A stretch of DNA of 64,000 bases from an uncultured Planctomycetota bacterium (GCA_963752285.1 CAVVXN010000004.1:1-64000), one strand, 5' to 3'; counted from the first letter of the stretch, positions 1 through 9,807 are shown. Notes: a model not told the origin generated them from the sequence alone. Made by a program: numbers and translations.

Positions 1-115
1 ACGCGGAGAGGCCGGCTTCGGCGAGGCGCCCGCAGAGGCAGGAACTTTCGCGGGTTCGCGGCCCTCGGCCGCCGAGGCCCGCACGCGACGCGACCCGCCG
101 CTCAACACACCGACT

Positions 116-538
116 CTACGCGCTCCTCTCAGACTCTCGGTCTCGGGGCGAGAGGACCCGGACGTTTAACTCAGCGTGTATGCGAATGGGGTCCATTCCA
201 CATTCGAAATGGAGTGCTGTCTTCCTCGCCCGTGTGGCGCGCCACTCGCGAAGCGTCCCGAAGAGGGCACGCTCCTCGGGCGCGAGGTCGGCCGTCACAT
301 CGGAGGGCGGGGGCCGGCCCGCGATTCGAGGCGCGCTCGCTTCGCCGGAGGCCGTGGCCATCGGGAGCGGCGACTCCTGGTAGGTGATCAGGCAGGCGAG
401 GTGCGGGAGGTCGTGTACCGAGAAGAAGTGCTCGCGCACCGCGAGCACCTCCTTGTCGCGCACGAAGTCGGCGAGCGGGCGCTCGTCAAAGCCCCCGAGC
501 GACGGCGCGTATTGGAGCGTGACCACCCTCACGCGCAT
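116..538 (-). pseudogene. HRDC-domain protein of the type found as a DGR accessory gene, truncated at the C-terminus
   Basis: N-terminus MRVRVVTLQYAPSLGGFDERPLADFVRDKEVLAVREHFF..PHLACLITY and the HRDC start ERALFGTLREWRATRARK resemble DGR-associated HRDC proteins. After about position 220 the sequence becomes unrelated (TALHFECG...). Confidence 0.7.
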
Positions 539-707
539 GGCGCGCTCGCGGGCGGGGAATGGGGGTGTCCATACCTCCGCCCCCCCCTACACATCCTTCC
601 CGCCTGCCTGCCAGAAAACCCGGCAGGAGCATCCCACGCCGCGGGGACGCCGCCCACGGCCGGCTTCGCACGGCCGGAGCGGCGGGACAAGAGGTGAAGC
701 GGTGAAG

Positions 708-3700
708 TCAATCCGGGGTGACGGGCCTGGCGGGGCGGACGCCGAGGTTGCCGTCGCGGTACCCCGGATCGTCCCCGCCGCGGTCGGCCGAGCGCGCGTA
801 CCTGGCGGCGTCGTTCCACGACCCGCCGCGGATCACGCGGAGGCCGGGGCCTTCGACCGTGGGATCCGTGGCGGCCTCTGCGCCGTAGGCGCGGTAGACG
901 TCGGGCACCACTCGTAGACGTTCCCGTGCACGTCGTAGAGTCCGAACGCGTTCGGCGCGAACGACCCGACGGGTGCGTGGACCGTGTGCCCGTCGTCCAC
1001 CTCGTCGGTGTACTGCCACGACGGCGGTCCGCCGTGTTCCTTGCAGTACTTGTCCGCGATGTTGGCGACGCTTGCCCAGCGCCGCGACCTCCCGCCCGGT
1101 GATCCAGGGCTGTCCGTCCCCGCCCGGCACGCGTACTCCCACTGCGCTTCCGTGGGCAGCACGAGGCGGTTGCGCGAGAGCCAGCGGTCGCAGTCCTCCC
1201 ACGAGACTTGCTCGACCGGGTTGCGAGGCGTCAAGGGCTTGTCGCCGGGCGTCTGCCCCGCCTTGTACGTGCTCGGGTCCAGCCCCTCGGTCATCGCCGC
1301 CACTGCGGCCTGCGTGCACTCGTGCTTCGCTAGGAAGTACGGCGAGAGCGTCACCTCGTGCACCGGCGACTCGTCGTCCTCGGCCTCGGGGTCGTAGTTG
1401 GGCGCGTCCATCGGTCCTCCTTCTGCGCACCCATCCGGAACGTCCCGCCGGGGATCAGCACGAGCACGATCGCTGCGTCGTCCTCGTAGACCAGTTGCTT
1501 CGTCTCGGGATCGCGGGTCGGCGAGCGAACCCGACCCCAGATGTGCGAACTCGAAGAGCCCGAGTCGGGATCGGGCCCCAGCGGGACGAGGCCCAACTGC
1601 GGCGTGATCCGCAGCCCGCCGTACTTCGGCGAGGCGGCAATCGCCTCGATCGTCTCCTTCCACGCAGCCTCGTGCTCCTTCAGCGAACGCTCCTCCAGCA
1701 GCGTCACGAATGCGTGGCGGCGCTCGACCTTGGAAACGGCCCCTTCGCCGCGTCCCCCGCCGTCCAACGCGTCCAGCCCCGCCAGCAGATCCACCAGCAC
1801 CTGGTGCTGCCACGCCACCTGGGGGTCGTCGAACGTCCACGTCCGACGCTCTTCCAGGGCCGCCTCGAGCTTCTCGATCTGCTCGCGAACCTGGGCCGCC
1901 TGCTCGCCAGGGCCTTTCGCTTCGCCTCGGCGTCCTCGCCTTCGACCTTCGCTGCTTCGGCGTCGATCTCCTCCAGGCGCTTCCTGCCCGACTCGATCCG
2001 GCTGCGCTCCTCGCCGTGGTCCCGCTCCCGTTCGTCGTCGGTGTAGGGCAGCGCACCCTCGCGGATCGTGGCCAGACGCTTCTGGTGGTCCTCGCGGTTG
2101 CCGAGCACCTCCTGCGCGCCTTGGGTCCAGGCCGCCATCGCCCCGGCCCGCGAGGGCTCCAGCGGCCAGAGCCGCTCCACCTCGTCCACCAAGTCCCGCA
2201 CCCGCTTCGAGTCCGCCAGCCGCAGCACGTCGTCCAGTGCCTTGGCCTTCTCGTTCCGCTCGCGCTCGGCCGCCTCGAGCGCCGCGGCCTTCGCGTTGCG
2301 CTCCCGCTCGACCTGCTCGAGCGCCACTCCCTTGGCATCCCGCTCGCGCTCCGCGTCCGCCAGCGCGTCGGCCTTCTCTCCGAGCGCGACCTGCGTGGCG
2401 GCCCTGGCCTGCTCCGCCTCCTTGCGCTTGCCCTCCACGATCGTCACCACCACGAACGCAGCGACGGCCGCCACCGCCAGCGCGAGGACCCCGACGCGCC
2501 GAAGCGTGCGCCGCGTGCTCGCCTGCTCCCGTTCCCGGATCGCCGTCTCCCGCAGTGCCTGCGCGCGCTCGGTGAGCGCCCTGGCCCGCCTGCCGCCCGG
2601 CCGCTTGCGCTCCGCCTGGGCCAGCGCCGCCACAGCCCGGTCCACCTGCTGGAGCCTCGCCTCCCCCGTGAGGCCCTCGGCCGACTCGATGGCCGTCCGG
2701 GCGTCGCGCAGCAACCCCTCCCGCTCCCGCTCCGCCGCATCCTCGACCTGCCACGCGCGCACGGCTTTCGCCATCTCCTCGGCTGAGGCCGGCCGCGCCC
2801 CTCTCTCCCGCGCCAGCGCCCGGGCGCACAGCGCCGAGAGCGCCTCGGGCACCGAGGGCTCGACCTCGCGGGCCGGGGGTGGGTCCTTCCGCAAGAGGAG
2901 CGCCGCGTACTCCGCGTAGGAGCGGAACTCGTAGGGGAGCCGCCCCGTCAGCACCTCGAAGAGCATCACCCCCAGGCTGTAGACATCGCTGCGCTGGTCC
3001 ACCTCCGCCAGATGACCCAGCGCCGCTTCCGGCGCCATGTAGCCCGCCGTCCCCATGGCGCCGCCTTCCAGCGTGTGGAAGCCCGCGTCCTTGCGCATCA
3101 CCTCCACTTGTTCCTGCCAGGCCGACGACGCAACGTCCTCCTTGCCCTCGAGCCGCGCCAGGCCCCAGTCCAGCAACACCACCTCGCCGTAGTGACCCAG
3201 CGCCACGTTGGCGGGCTTGAGGTCCCGGTGCACCACCCCCTTGTCGTGCGCGTAGCGCAGCGTGTCGCAGACCTTCAAGAAGGGCTCCAGCAGTGCGAGC
3301 CGCTCCTCGAAGGGCGCGCCCTTCTTCTCCTGGATCGCGTCGGCCAGCGTGCGCTCGCCCCTGACGTAGCGCATCGTGTAGTAGGGGATGCCGGTCGGTG
3401 TCTGCCCGATCTCGTAGACCGGCACGATCCCCGGGTGCTCCAATCCCCCCGTCACCCATGCCTCCTGCACCAGCCGGGCCTTCAACTGCTCGAACACCTC
3501 GGACTCGGGCGTGTCCTTCCCCGGTCGACTCGCCTCGAGCGGATGCGAGGGCGTCTCCTCGGAGGCCCCCCGCTCCGCGTGTGGACGCACCATCTTGAAC
3601 GCCACGCGCCGGTTCATCTCCGTGTCCAGCGCCGCGTACACGACGCCCATGCCGCCGATGCCCGCAGCCTCGAACCCCACGTAGCGGTCCTCGGGCAACT

Positions 3701-4058
3701 CGCGCAGCGGCGCGCGGATCGGCACCCCCAGCACCGAGAGCGCGCGCGTGAGCTTCGCCCCGTCCTGGCCCAGCGCCACGTGGACCCTGCGGTCCAGGCC
3801 CCCGTGACGGGTGAGCGCCACCTGCGCGTCGCCCCCCGCCTCGCCCAGCAGCCGCTCGACCTCGGTATGGATGCGAGCGAGCGCGTCGTCGGACAGTCGC
3901 GCGATGTGGGCGAGCTCGGACACGAAGGTCACGCCCGGCTGATCGCGCCGGTCCCAGTAGCGCTGCAGCGCCGCCGCGACGTCACGCGCCTCCGCAACTC
4001 CCAGCATCAACGCCGCGTCGGCCGCCAGCAGCTCCCGGAACTCCCTGCCTGCGTCCAT
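708..4058 (-). pseudogene. Ser/Thr kinase - TM - coiled coil - FGE-sulfatase (C-type lectin fold) protein, multiply frameshifted
   Basis: Kinase motifs GIGGMG, VAFK, HRDLKPAN, DWG, GTAGYMAPE and DVYSLG, then a TM segment (VGVLALAVAAVAAFVVVTIV). FGE motifs IPGGTFRMG, PVEQVSWED, LPTEAQWEYACRAG, NAFGLYDVHGNVYEWC and RVIRGGSW...NLGVRPAR are spread over three frames, about 7 shifts between ~900 and ~1920. Confidence 0.85.
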
Positions 4059-4097
4059 CCCATACCCTCCGAAGCCACAGGAGGATACCGACCGGGC

Positions 4098-4511
4098 CTA
4101 CGGGTTGGCGACGCCCCGCAACCCGGAGTCCCAGGCACGCCTCTGATCGGTCCAGAGGGGGATGGCGGCGAGGGCGCGGAGCGCCTTCTCCCCACGCCCT
4201 GGACCCTGCCCTCCGTCGAGCACGCATGCCTGGATCCCGGGAGCGAGATCCAGCAGTCTCATCACCTGCGTCACCCGCGCCCGCGACACCCCGACGAGCC
4301 GGGCGAGGTCGGCCTGGTCGCGGACGGCGCCCGAGCGCAGGATGCCCTGCCAATGGTGGGCGAGGGCGAGCAACCGGGCCACGCGGGGGACCTTTGCAGG
4401 CGCGGGGGGCGGCGCCTCCGCGGGCGCCTCGACGTGCGGGACCGCCAGGAGGTGCCGCCGCCCCCGGTTCCCGTTCGTCTCGCGGACGTGGAGCCGGACG
4501 GTCCCACTCAC
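4098..4511 (-). CDS. Small HTH-containing protein typically encoded downstream of large serine recombinases
   Basis: PRVARLLALAHHWQ..DQADLARLVGVSRARVTQVMRLLDLAPGIQ...W..QRR. Its GTG start overlaps the stop of a recombinase C-terminal remnant. Confidence 0.75.
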   Translation of the reverse strand: MSGTVRLHVRETNGNRGRRHLLAVPHVEAPAEAPPPAPAKVPRVARLLALAHHWQGILRSGAVRDQADLARLVGVSRARVTQVMRLLDLAPGIQACVLDGGQGPGRGEKALRALAAIPLWTDQRRAWDSGLRGVANP

Positions 4512-4570
4512 AGCTCGACCTCCCGCGCCAGGAGGGCCGGGATTCCGGCGGGTCGGAACGTCACGTCCAC
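4508..4570 (-). pseudogene. Extreme C-terminal remnant of a serine recombinase
   Basis: Translates VDVTFRPAGIPALLAREVEL*, similar to VVAFRATGIQGLSAELAP* at the end of the 7547 remnant, with the same GTGA coupling to the HTH gene. Confidence 0.55.
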
Positions 4571-4711
4571 AGATCGAGTGGCTCCGTTGTGCATGGGCTT
4601 GCGCGAGCCCTCAGTGACAAACCCCGAGCCGAGTGTCTCCTGGCACGTCCTACCCTGCTCCTGTCGGTGGGACGCGTAGTCTGGGAGGCGGCCCCGGGCG
4701 CGGAGTTTGTC

Positions 4712-5618
4712 ATGCCCAAACGGCTGAAGATGGAGTTCAACGGCCTGGTGATTATGGACTCGCTACCCGCTACGGAAGCGAACACAGCCCGAGTTCTTGA
4801 GGAGAGGCTTCAACAAGTCCTACCCGCGCCCTACCCGGTGTGGCGCGTGCCGGTGCCAGATCGGAGGCTTCTCCTGAGTGCATTGGCTCATTTTGCGGCG
4901 AGTGCCAGCGCGGTTCGTGCCTGTCCTCCACTTCGAGGTGCACGGTACACGTGAGGGCCTCCAACTCGCCAGCGGCGAGCAAGTGGAGTGGGAGGATCTA
5001 CGAGCCGCCTTGACCGAGATCAACGTCGCTACAGGCGACCGGGTTCTCCTGTGTCTAGCCGCATGCCACGGAGCTCACGCCATTGGCCTGATCGACGTTA
5101 CGCAGCCCGCACCATTCTGTTTTCTCCTCGCCCCAGTAGATGAGGTATGGAACCTCCCAACGCTCAGAGGATTCGAAGCGTTCTACCTGCGCCTGCTGGA
5201 AACACATAGCGCCAATGAGGCGATGCGGGCAATGCGCGACTCCCATGCGCCTGACGAGTGTGAGTTCGAGGCTATCTCCAGCAAGCGATTCTTCATCAAG
5301 GTCATGGCGCGTGAGCTTCGGGAGTCGTGGGACTCCGCAGCCAAGGAGGCTCGAATTCACCGAATCATGGAGAAGGTGGCCGAGCGTTCTCCTGGCCATC
5401 GCTACGACGTCAGCATGAGAGCGAAAGCACGCGAAGCGCTGTCCTTCTCCGAGATCGAGAGACGCTGCAAGGGGTCTGCGCGTATCTTCTTCATGGTGGG
5501 TCGCATACCTGACGTCTACGAGGTGGACGCGATCTGGCCTGAAGTGCTCGAGGCGGCACTACAACCGAATGCACGACTGCCTCGTTCCCAGGGCAGGGAG
5601 CCGACACAGCCGGGGTAA
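4712..5618 (+). CDS. Caspase/CHAT-like (His-Cys dyad) hypothetical protein, one apparent frameshift near 4880
   Basis: ATG 4712 with a GGAG RBS. PVLHFEVHG and LLCLAACHG motifs lie in the 4878-5618 frame. GC is lower than in the flanks. Confidence 0.55.
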
Positions 5619-6019
5619 CCAGAGGTCGCATCAACACCCCTGGGAGTCAGTCCGAGCGCGCATTGGGCCAACGCCGCCGCTGCGCGATCCAGAGCGGGAG
5701 CATCGCGACGGGGAGCAGTTCCCGGTGCAACGGTCTGCCCCGATCCCCGCCCCCCTCCAGGACAGAATCTCCTCCTGTATGTCCGGCGCCAGCCAGAGCG
5801 GGCTCATCACCTGCGCCACCCTGGCCCGCGACACCCCAACGAGCCGCGCGAGGTCGGCCTGGTCGCGGACGGCGCCGGATCGGAAGCCCCTGCCAGACAC
5901 GATGGCCGCCGCCTTGGCAGGGGTCGTAGCGGCTGAGCCCCCAGCGGTCTGGGGTTGCCAGGGCGTAAACCGAGGCCGTTCCCGAATGCGACGTGCCGTC
6001 GCAAGCCGGAGGCCCAGCC

Positions 6020-7138
6020 ATGCGTCAGCGTACCCAGTTCATCGGAATCGACCTCCACCTCCACAGCGTCACCCTTGCGGTCCTGCCCGAGGACGCTGCG
6101 GCGTGCAGCCAGGTCCAGACGATGCTCCCCGAGCCGGCCCGCATGCGGCGGTTCTTCCAGAGGGTCTTGAAGGAGGGACCCGTGCGGGCCTGCTACGAAG
6201 CCGGCGGGTGCGGGTACGTCCTGCAGCGAACGCTCGCCACGTGGGGCGTGCCGTGCGAGGTCGTCGCCCCGAGTCTGATCCCCCGTCGCGCGGGCGATCG
6301 CATCAAGACCGATCGTCGGGACGCCGAGAAGCTCGCCCGATACTACCGCGCCGGCGAGCTCACGGCGGTGCGCGTGCCCACCGAGGAGGAGGAACGTACT
6401 CGATCCCTCATCCGCTGCCGGTGGGCGCTGACGCGCGAGATCCTCGCCTCGCGGCACTACATCCTCAAGCTGCTCCAGTCGCGCGGACATCGCTTCTCCG
6501 GCGGCAAGAACTGGAGCGACGCCTTCTGGAAGTGGTTGCGCGGGCTCGCGCTCGTGGGGGACGACGCGCTCACGCTCGGCCTCTACATCGAGCTCCTCGA
6601 GCACAAGCTCGCTCTGCGCACTCGCATCGACGACCGCCTGCAGAAGATCGCCGGCGAACCCCGATGGCGAGAGGTGGTCGGGCGGCTGCGGTGCCTGCGG
6701 GGCATCGAGACCCTCAGTGCGCTCACCCTGGCCAGTGAAATCGCCGACGCCAAGCGCTTCGCCCGCCCCCGCCATCTCATGGCGTACCTGGGCCTGAACG
6801 TCAGCGAGTACTCCTCCGGCAGCTCGGAGCGTCGCGGCGGAATCACGAAGGCGGGCAACTCCCACTGCCGCCATGTGCTTGTCGAGGCTGCATGGCACTA
6901 CCGCCACCCGCCTCGGTTGGGCACGGCCCTGGCGGCGCGCATGGCGGGTCAGACCGAGAGCGTGCGGCTCCACGCCATGCGCGCCCAGCGTCGTCTGCAC
7001 CGGCGGTTCAAGGAGCTCGAGATCCGGATGGCCTCCACGAAGGCCGTGGTCGCCGTGGCTCGCGAGCTCGTCGGGTTCGTGTGGGCGCTCATGCAAGGCG
7101 AGGAGCGTTTCCTGGCCGCGCGAGGGCCGCAGAAGTAG
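6020..7138 (+). CDS. IS110-family DEDD transposase/recombinase
   Basis: FIGIDLH, CYEAGGCG, IKTDRRDA, YLGL..SEYSSG and GGITKAGN motifs; GGAGG RBS before ATG 6020. Confidence 0.95.
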   Translation: MRQRTQFIGIDLHLHSVTLAVLPEDAAACSQVQTMLPEPARMRRFFQRVLKEGPVRACYEAGGCGYVLQRTLATWGVPCEVVAPSLIPRRAGDRIKTDRRDAEKLARYYRAGELTAVRVPTEEEERTRSLIRCRWALTREILASRHYILKLLQSRGHRFSGGKNWSDAFWKWLRGLALVGDDALTLGLYIELLEHKLALRTRIDDRLQKIAGEPRWREVVGRLRCLRGIETLSALTLASEIADAKRFARPRHLMAYLGLNVSEYSSGSSERRGGITKAGNSHCRHVLVEAAWHYRHPPRLGTALAARMAGQTESVRLHAMRAQRRLHRRFKELEIRMASTKAVVAVARELVGFVWALMQGEERFLAARGPQK

Positions 7139-7370
7139 TTTCGGTCGGGGAGGCACGTCGCGAGGGAACCCTCGTCACCACTGTGCGAGCCCGGGGGCGG
7201 AGCCTCTGTGCATTCGCGGTGCCAGAGAGAGGTCACCTCGACGGACAACGTTCCATGCGGTTTCGATCCGCGAACATCAGACTGTCACGACGTCGAAGCG
7301 TCCTCCCCGGCCCTCTCCCCTTCCTGCCCGCCCCGTAGGGTCCCCCGGGCTCGGACAGGTCGGTCACCGC
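7139..7370 (+). ncRNA. Putative IS1111 bridge RNA / seekRNA
   Basis: Contains CACCACTG (7176-7183) and TGCCAG (7220-7225), which match the two strands of the pre-insertion target, and ACATCAGAC (7274-7282), which matches the circle junction. Boundaries are approximate. Confidence 0.75.
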
Positions 7371-7546
7371 TTGACGGCGGCGGCCACATCAGTGGTGCGC
7401 GAGGGCGAGGACGCGGGCCACGCGGGGAATCCGCTCCGGGGTGGTGGCCGGGGCCGCGTCGGGGGCGCCGGGCGCTACGTCGTCGCCCACGGCGGGCGCA
7501 CTCCGTCCCCCGCGCCGGGCCGGCAGGCGGATGGTCACCCGCCCGC

Positions 7547-8010
7547 TCACGGTGCGAGCTCCGCGGAGAGCCCCTGGATCCCGGTCGCCCGGAAGGCCAC
7601 CACCGCCGTCCCCGCGGCCCCGTCGTAGTCGATCCCCTCGACCAGTAGCCGCATGACCCGGGCCTGCTCCTCGGCGTGGAGAACCTCCCACACGGGGTCG
7701 AACAGCGTGAGCGCGCGCCGCAGGTCAACGGGATCGACCTCGGCACCCTGCTCACGCACCGCCTCGAGCACCCGCGCCTGTAGGCCCGCGTCTCGCCCGA
7801 CGGCCCGGATCTGCGCGACGACCAGCGACTCGATCGTGTGCACCGGGGCGGTCGGGTGCGGGCAGGCCTTCCACCCGTCCTTCTGCGTGCGGCGGCAGAG
7901 GTAGTAGCGGTAGACGCGGCTGCCTCGCCGAGTCCACGCCGCGCCCATCGTTGCCCGCCACGGCGCGGAGCGGAGCAACCCCGAGAGGAGCGACGTCCCG
8001 CGGCGGCCGC
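7547..8010 (-). pseudogene. Large serine recombinase remnant (zinc-ribbon and C-terminal part only)
   Basis: LLSGLLR..M....RVYRYYLC.....GWKACP...IESLVV..I...FDPVWEVL..EQARVMRLLVEGIDYDG; no catalytic N-terminal domain. Confidence 0.8.
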
Positions 8011-8212
8011 CCCGGCGCTTCTCCTGTGGCCCCGAGCGGGGGCCATGCTGTCTCTGCCTGCACCCCCGCGAACGAGCCTGGAGGCGACCGCAAGCTCGTC
8101 GGACCATCTTCTGAGGGAGGGTGCTCGACCACCAAGCCGGCCCCGGCGGCACGGGGACCTGTTCTCTGGAGCGAGGGGCCACCGCCACGACTGGGGTGCG
8201 GGCTCGAGCGTC

Positions 8213-9241
8213 CTAACGCGCGAGGACCTTCAGGTCATCGCCAATGGACTCCCATCGCTCCCGGAAGGCAGCAAGCAGCGCATCGTGGTCCATGGCGCGC
8301 GCAGCTGCTTCTGTCGCCATGCCCTCGCGAACGAGCTGGGGTGGCTCCGGCTGCGCTTCGTCGCGGACGACAATGCGTACCCGTATGGGCTCGGCTTCCG
8401 CCTCCTCCGGCGCGGCGTGCGCGGGGTCGCCCAAGGCCCGCCGCGAGATCTCGACGCTCACGTGGAATCGCGCCAGCACGTCAGCCTCAGCCGCATCACG
8501 TTGCATCCAGCGACCGTACCACTCGTCGGCGGTGCCTTCGTCGCCATCAGTCCACCGCCAAATCTCGGCGCGGACGCGCTGGAGGAGCGTGTCCGCAACG
8601 GCCGCGACGACACGCATGCGGATCTCGTAGTCAAAACGCAGGTACCAGGCCACACCGCTCTCGAAGGCCGCGACTGCGTCCTTGAGTGTTACCGGGGATA
8701 CCGACCGCGGGACCCCTTCACGCCGACCCCACGCCACGAAGAGAAGGAGGTTGTCGTAGAGCGCAGACGTGGCATCGACCGCATGAGCGTAGGCTTCTCC
8801 GGATGAGACAAGGAGAACCTGTTCGACGCCGGAGCCCGCGAGCAAGTGCTGGACCCGTACTGCCTGGAGGTCCGGGGCGTCGCTCAGAGTCCGCGCTCGG
8901 TCCTGTGCGCTGCCCTCCGGCGCTCGCGCAACCAGGAGCCGCAGCGAGCCGGTGGCGTGACGTCCTTCACGCGCCGATGTAGAGGTGTCGAACAGCTCCC
9001 GTCCCGGCCCCCACATCTTCTGGTCGATTCGGGCGGTTGCTGGGGAACTGAGCCTGTACTCGAAGTTCCACCCTTGGGCTCCGCGAACGTTGGCGCCCAT
9101 ACCGTCCACGAGCGGAATCTGCTTGACTCCGTCAACCCAGCCTGGTTCGTCGGACGTCGAAACGCGACCAGGCGAGCTGACCCTATCGCCGCATCCGATG
9201 GCTGCCCCGACCAGCACCACGATTGCGATCAGCCGCAACAT
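8213..9241 (-). CDS. Hypothetical lipoprotein
   Basis: Signal peptide and lipobox MLRLIAIVVLVGAAIG-C; lower-GC island cargo. Confidence 0.6.
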   Translation of the reverse strand: MLRLIAIVVLVGAAIGCGDRVSSPGRVSTSDEPGWVDGVKQIPLVDGMGANVRGAQGWNFEYRLSSPATARIDQKMWGPGRELFDTSTSAREGRHATGSLRLLVARAPEGSAQDRARTLSDAPDLQAVRVQHLLAGSGVEQVLLVSSGEAYAHAVDATSALYDNLLLFVAWGRREGVPRSVSPVTLKDAVAAFESGVAWYLRFDYEIRMRVVAAVADTLLQRVRAEIWRWTDGDEGTADEWYGRWMQRDAAEADVLARFHVSVEISRRALGDPAHAAPEEAEAEPIRVRIVVRDEAQPEPPQLVREGMATEAAARAMDHDALLAAFRERWESIGDDLKVLAR

Positions 9242-9438
9242 GCCTTGACTCCGAGGGTGCCTTGCCCGGTCGGGAGGCAGTGTACAGTGCGTTTGTCGAT
9301 CCCGCGTCGTGCAGCCTCTCGGGATCACGCCGGCGAGGGCCTGACGGATACGCGGCCAGCGGTTCGGGCCATGCTGGCATCGCCGGCGGCCCCGCGGGTG
9401 GCTCGTGGGGATGACTCTAGGCCAAGTGCGAGGCGAGA

Positions 9439-9590
9439 GTGCTCGACGGCGTAGGCTCAGTGGGGACTCTTTGCATGCACGTGCGCGAACATGTCCGCGG
9501 GTGACCGCACGTCGAGGGCTCACCGAGAGGAGATGGTGCTCGACGGTGCGAAGTCGGCGGGGACTTGCTGCATGCACGTGTGCGAATCTG
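9439..9590. repeat. Imperfect ~55-bp direct repeat, two copies, period 97 bp
   Basis: GTGCTCGACGG...GGGGACT...TGCATGCACGTG(C/T)GCGAA at 9439-9493 and 9536-9590; an extra TGCATGCACG at 9589-9598. Confidence 0.65.
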
Positions 9591-9807
9591 CATGCACGCG
9601 GCTGCGGGAGCCGATCCAATCGGGAGTGTAGGATGGTCCGGGCGTGTGATCGTGACGGCGGGCGTCGGCGGTCGGCTGTGCCGTCGCCCCGTGCAGGGGA
9701 TGGCCGCGGGAGTCCTCAGCCAGCGTCGCAGGTGTGCAGGGTGCAGGAGATGATCCGGCGTTGCCGAGACCACCGGGGCGTCGCGGCGGCGGGAGGAGAG
9801 GAGCGAA

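Larger units (their letters stand above)
5897..7392 (+). mobile_element. IS110-family (IS1111 group) insertion sequence
   Basis: CAG core at both junctions (5894-5896, 7390-7392). Sub-terminal inverted repeats TGGCCGCCGCC (5903-5913) and GGCGGCGGCCA (7376-7386). Long 3' non-coding region. Removing the element restores ...LALAHHWQG. Confidence 0.92.
5647..7550 (-). pseudogene. Second copy of the recombinase-associated HTH gene, interrupted by IS110
   Basis: The N-part 7393-7550 ends IPRVARVLALAHH. The C-part resumes WQG..RSGAVRDQADLARLVGVSRARVAQVM below 5896. Homologous to 4098-4511. Confidence 0.8.

Noticed and set aside
7389..7391. TGA after ...LALAHH as a selenocysteine codon
   Set aside because: It is created by the IS junction; the uninterrupted codon is TGG (Trp).
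9439..9600. CRISPR array
   Set aside because: Only two imperfect copies and no cas genes; the 53.4-54.0 kb repeats are also too long for CRISPR repeats.
1..9700. Complete active DGR in the window
   Set aside because: No reverse transcriptase and no AAC-rich template repeat seen.
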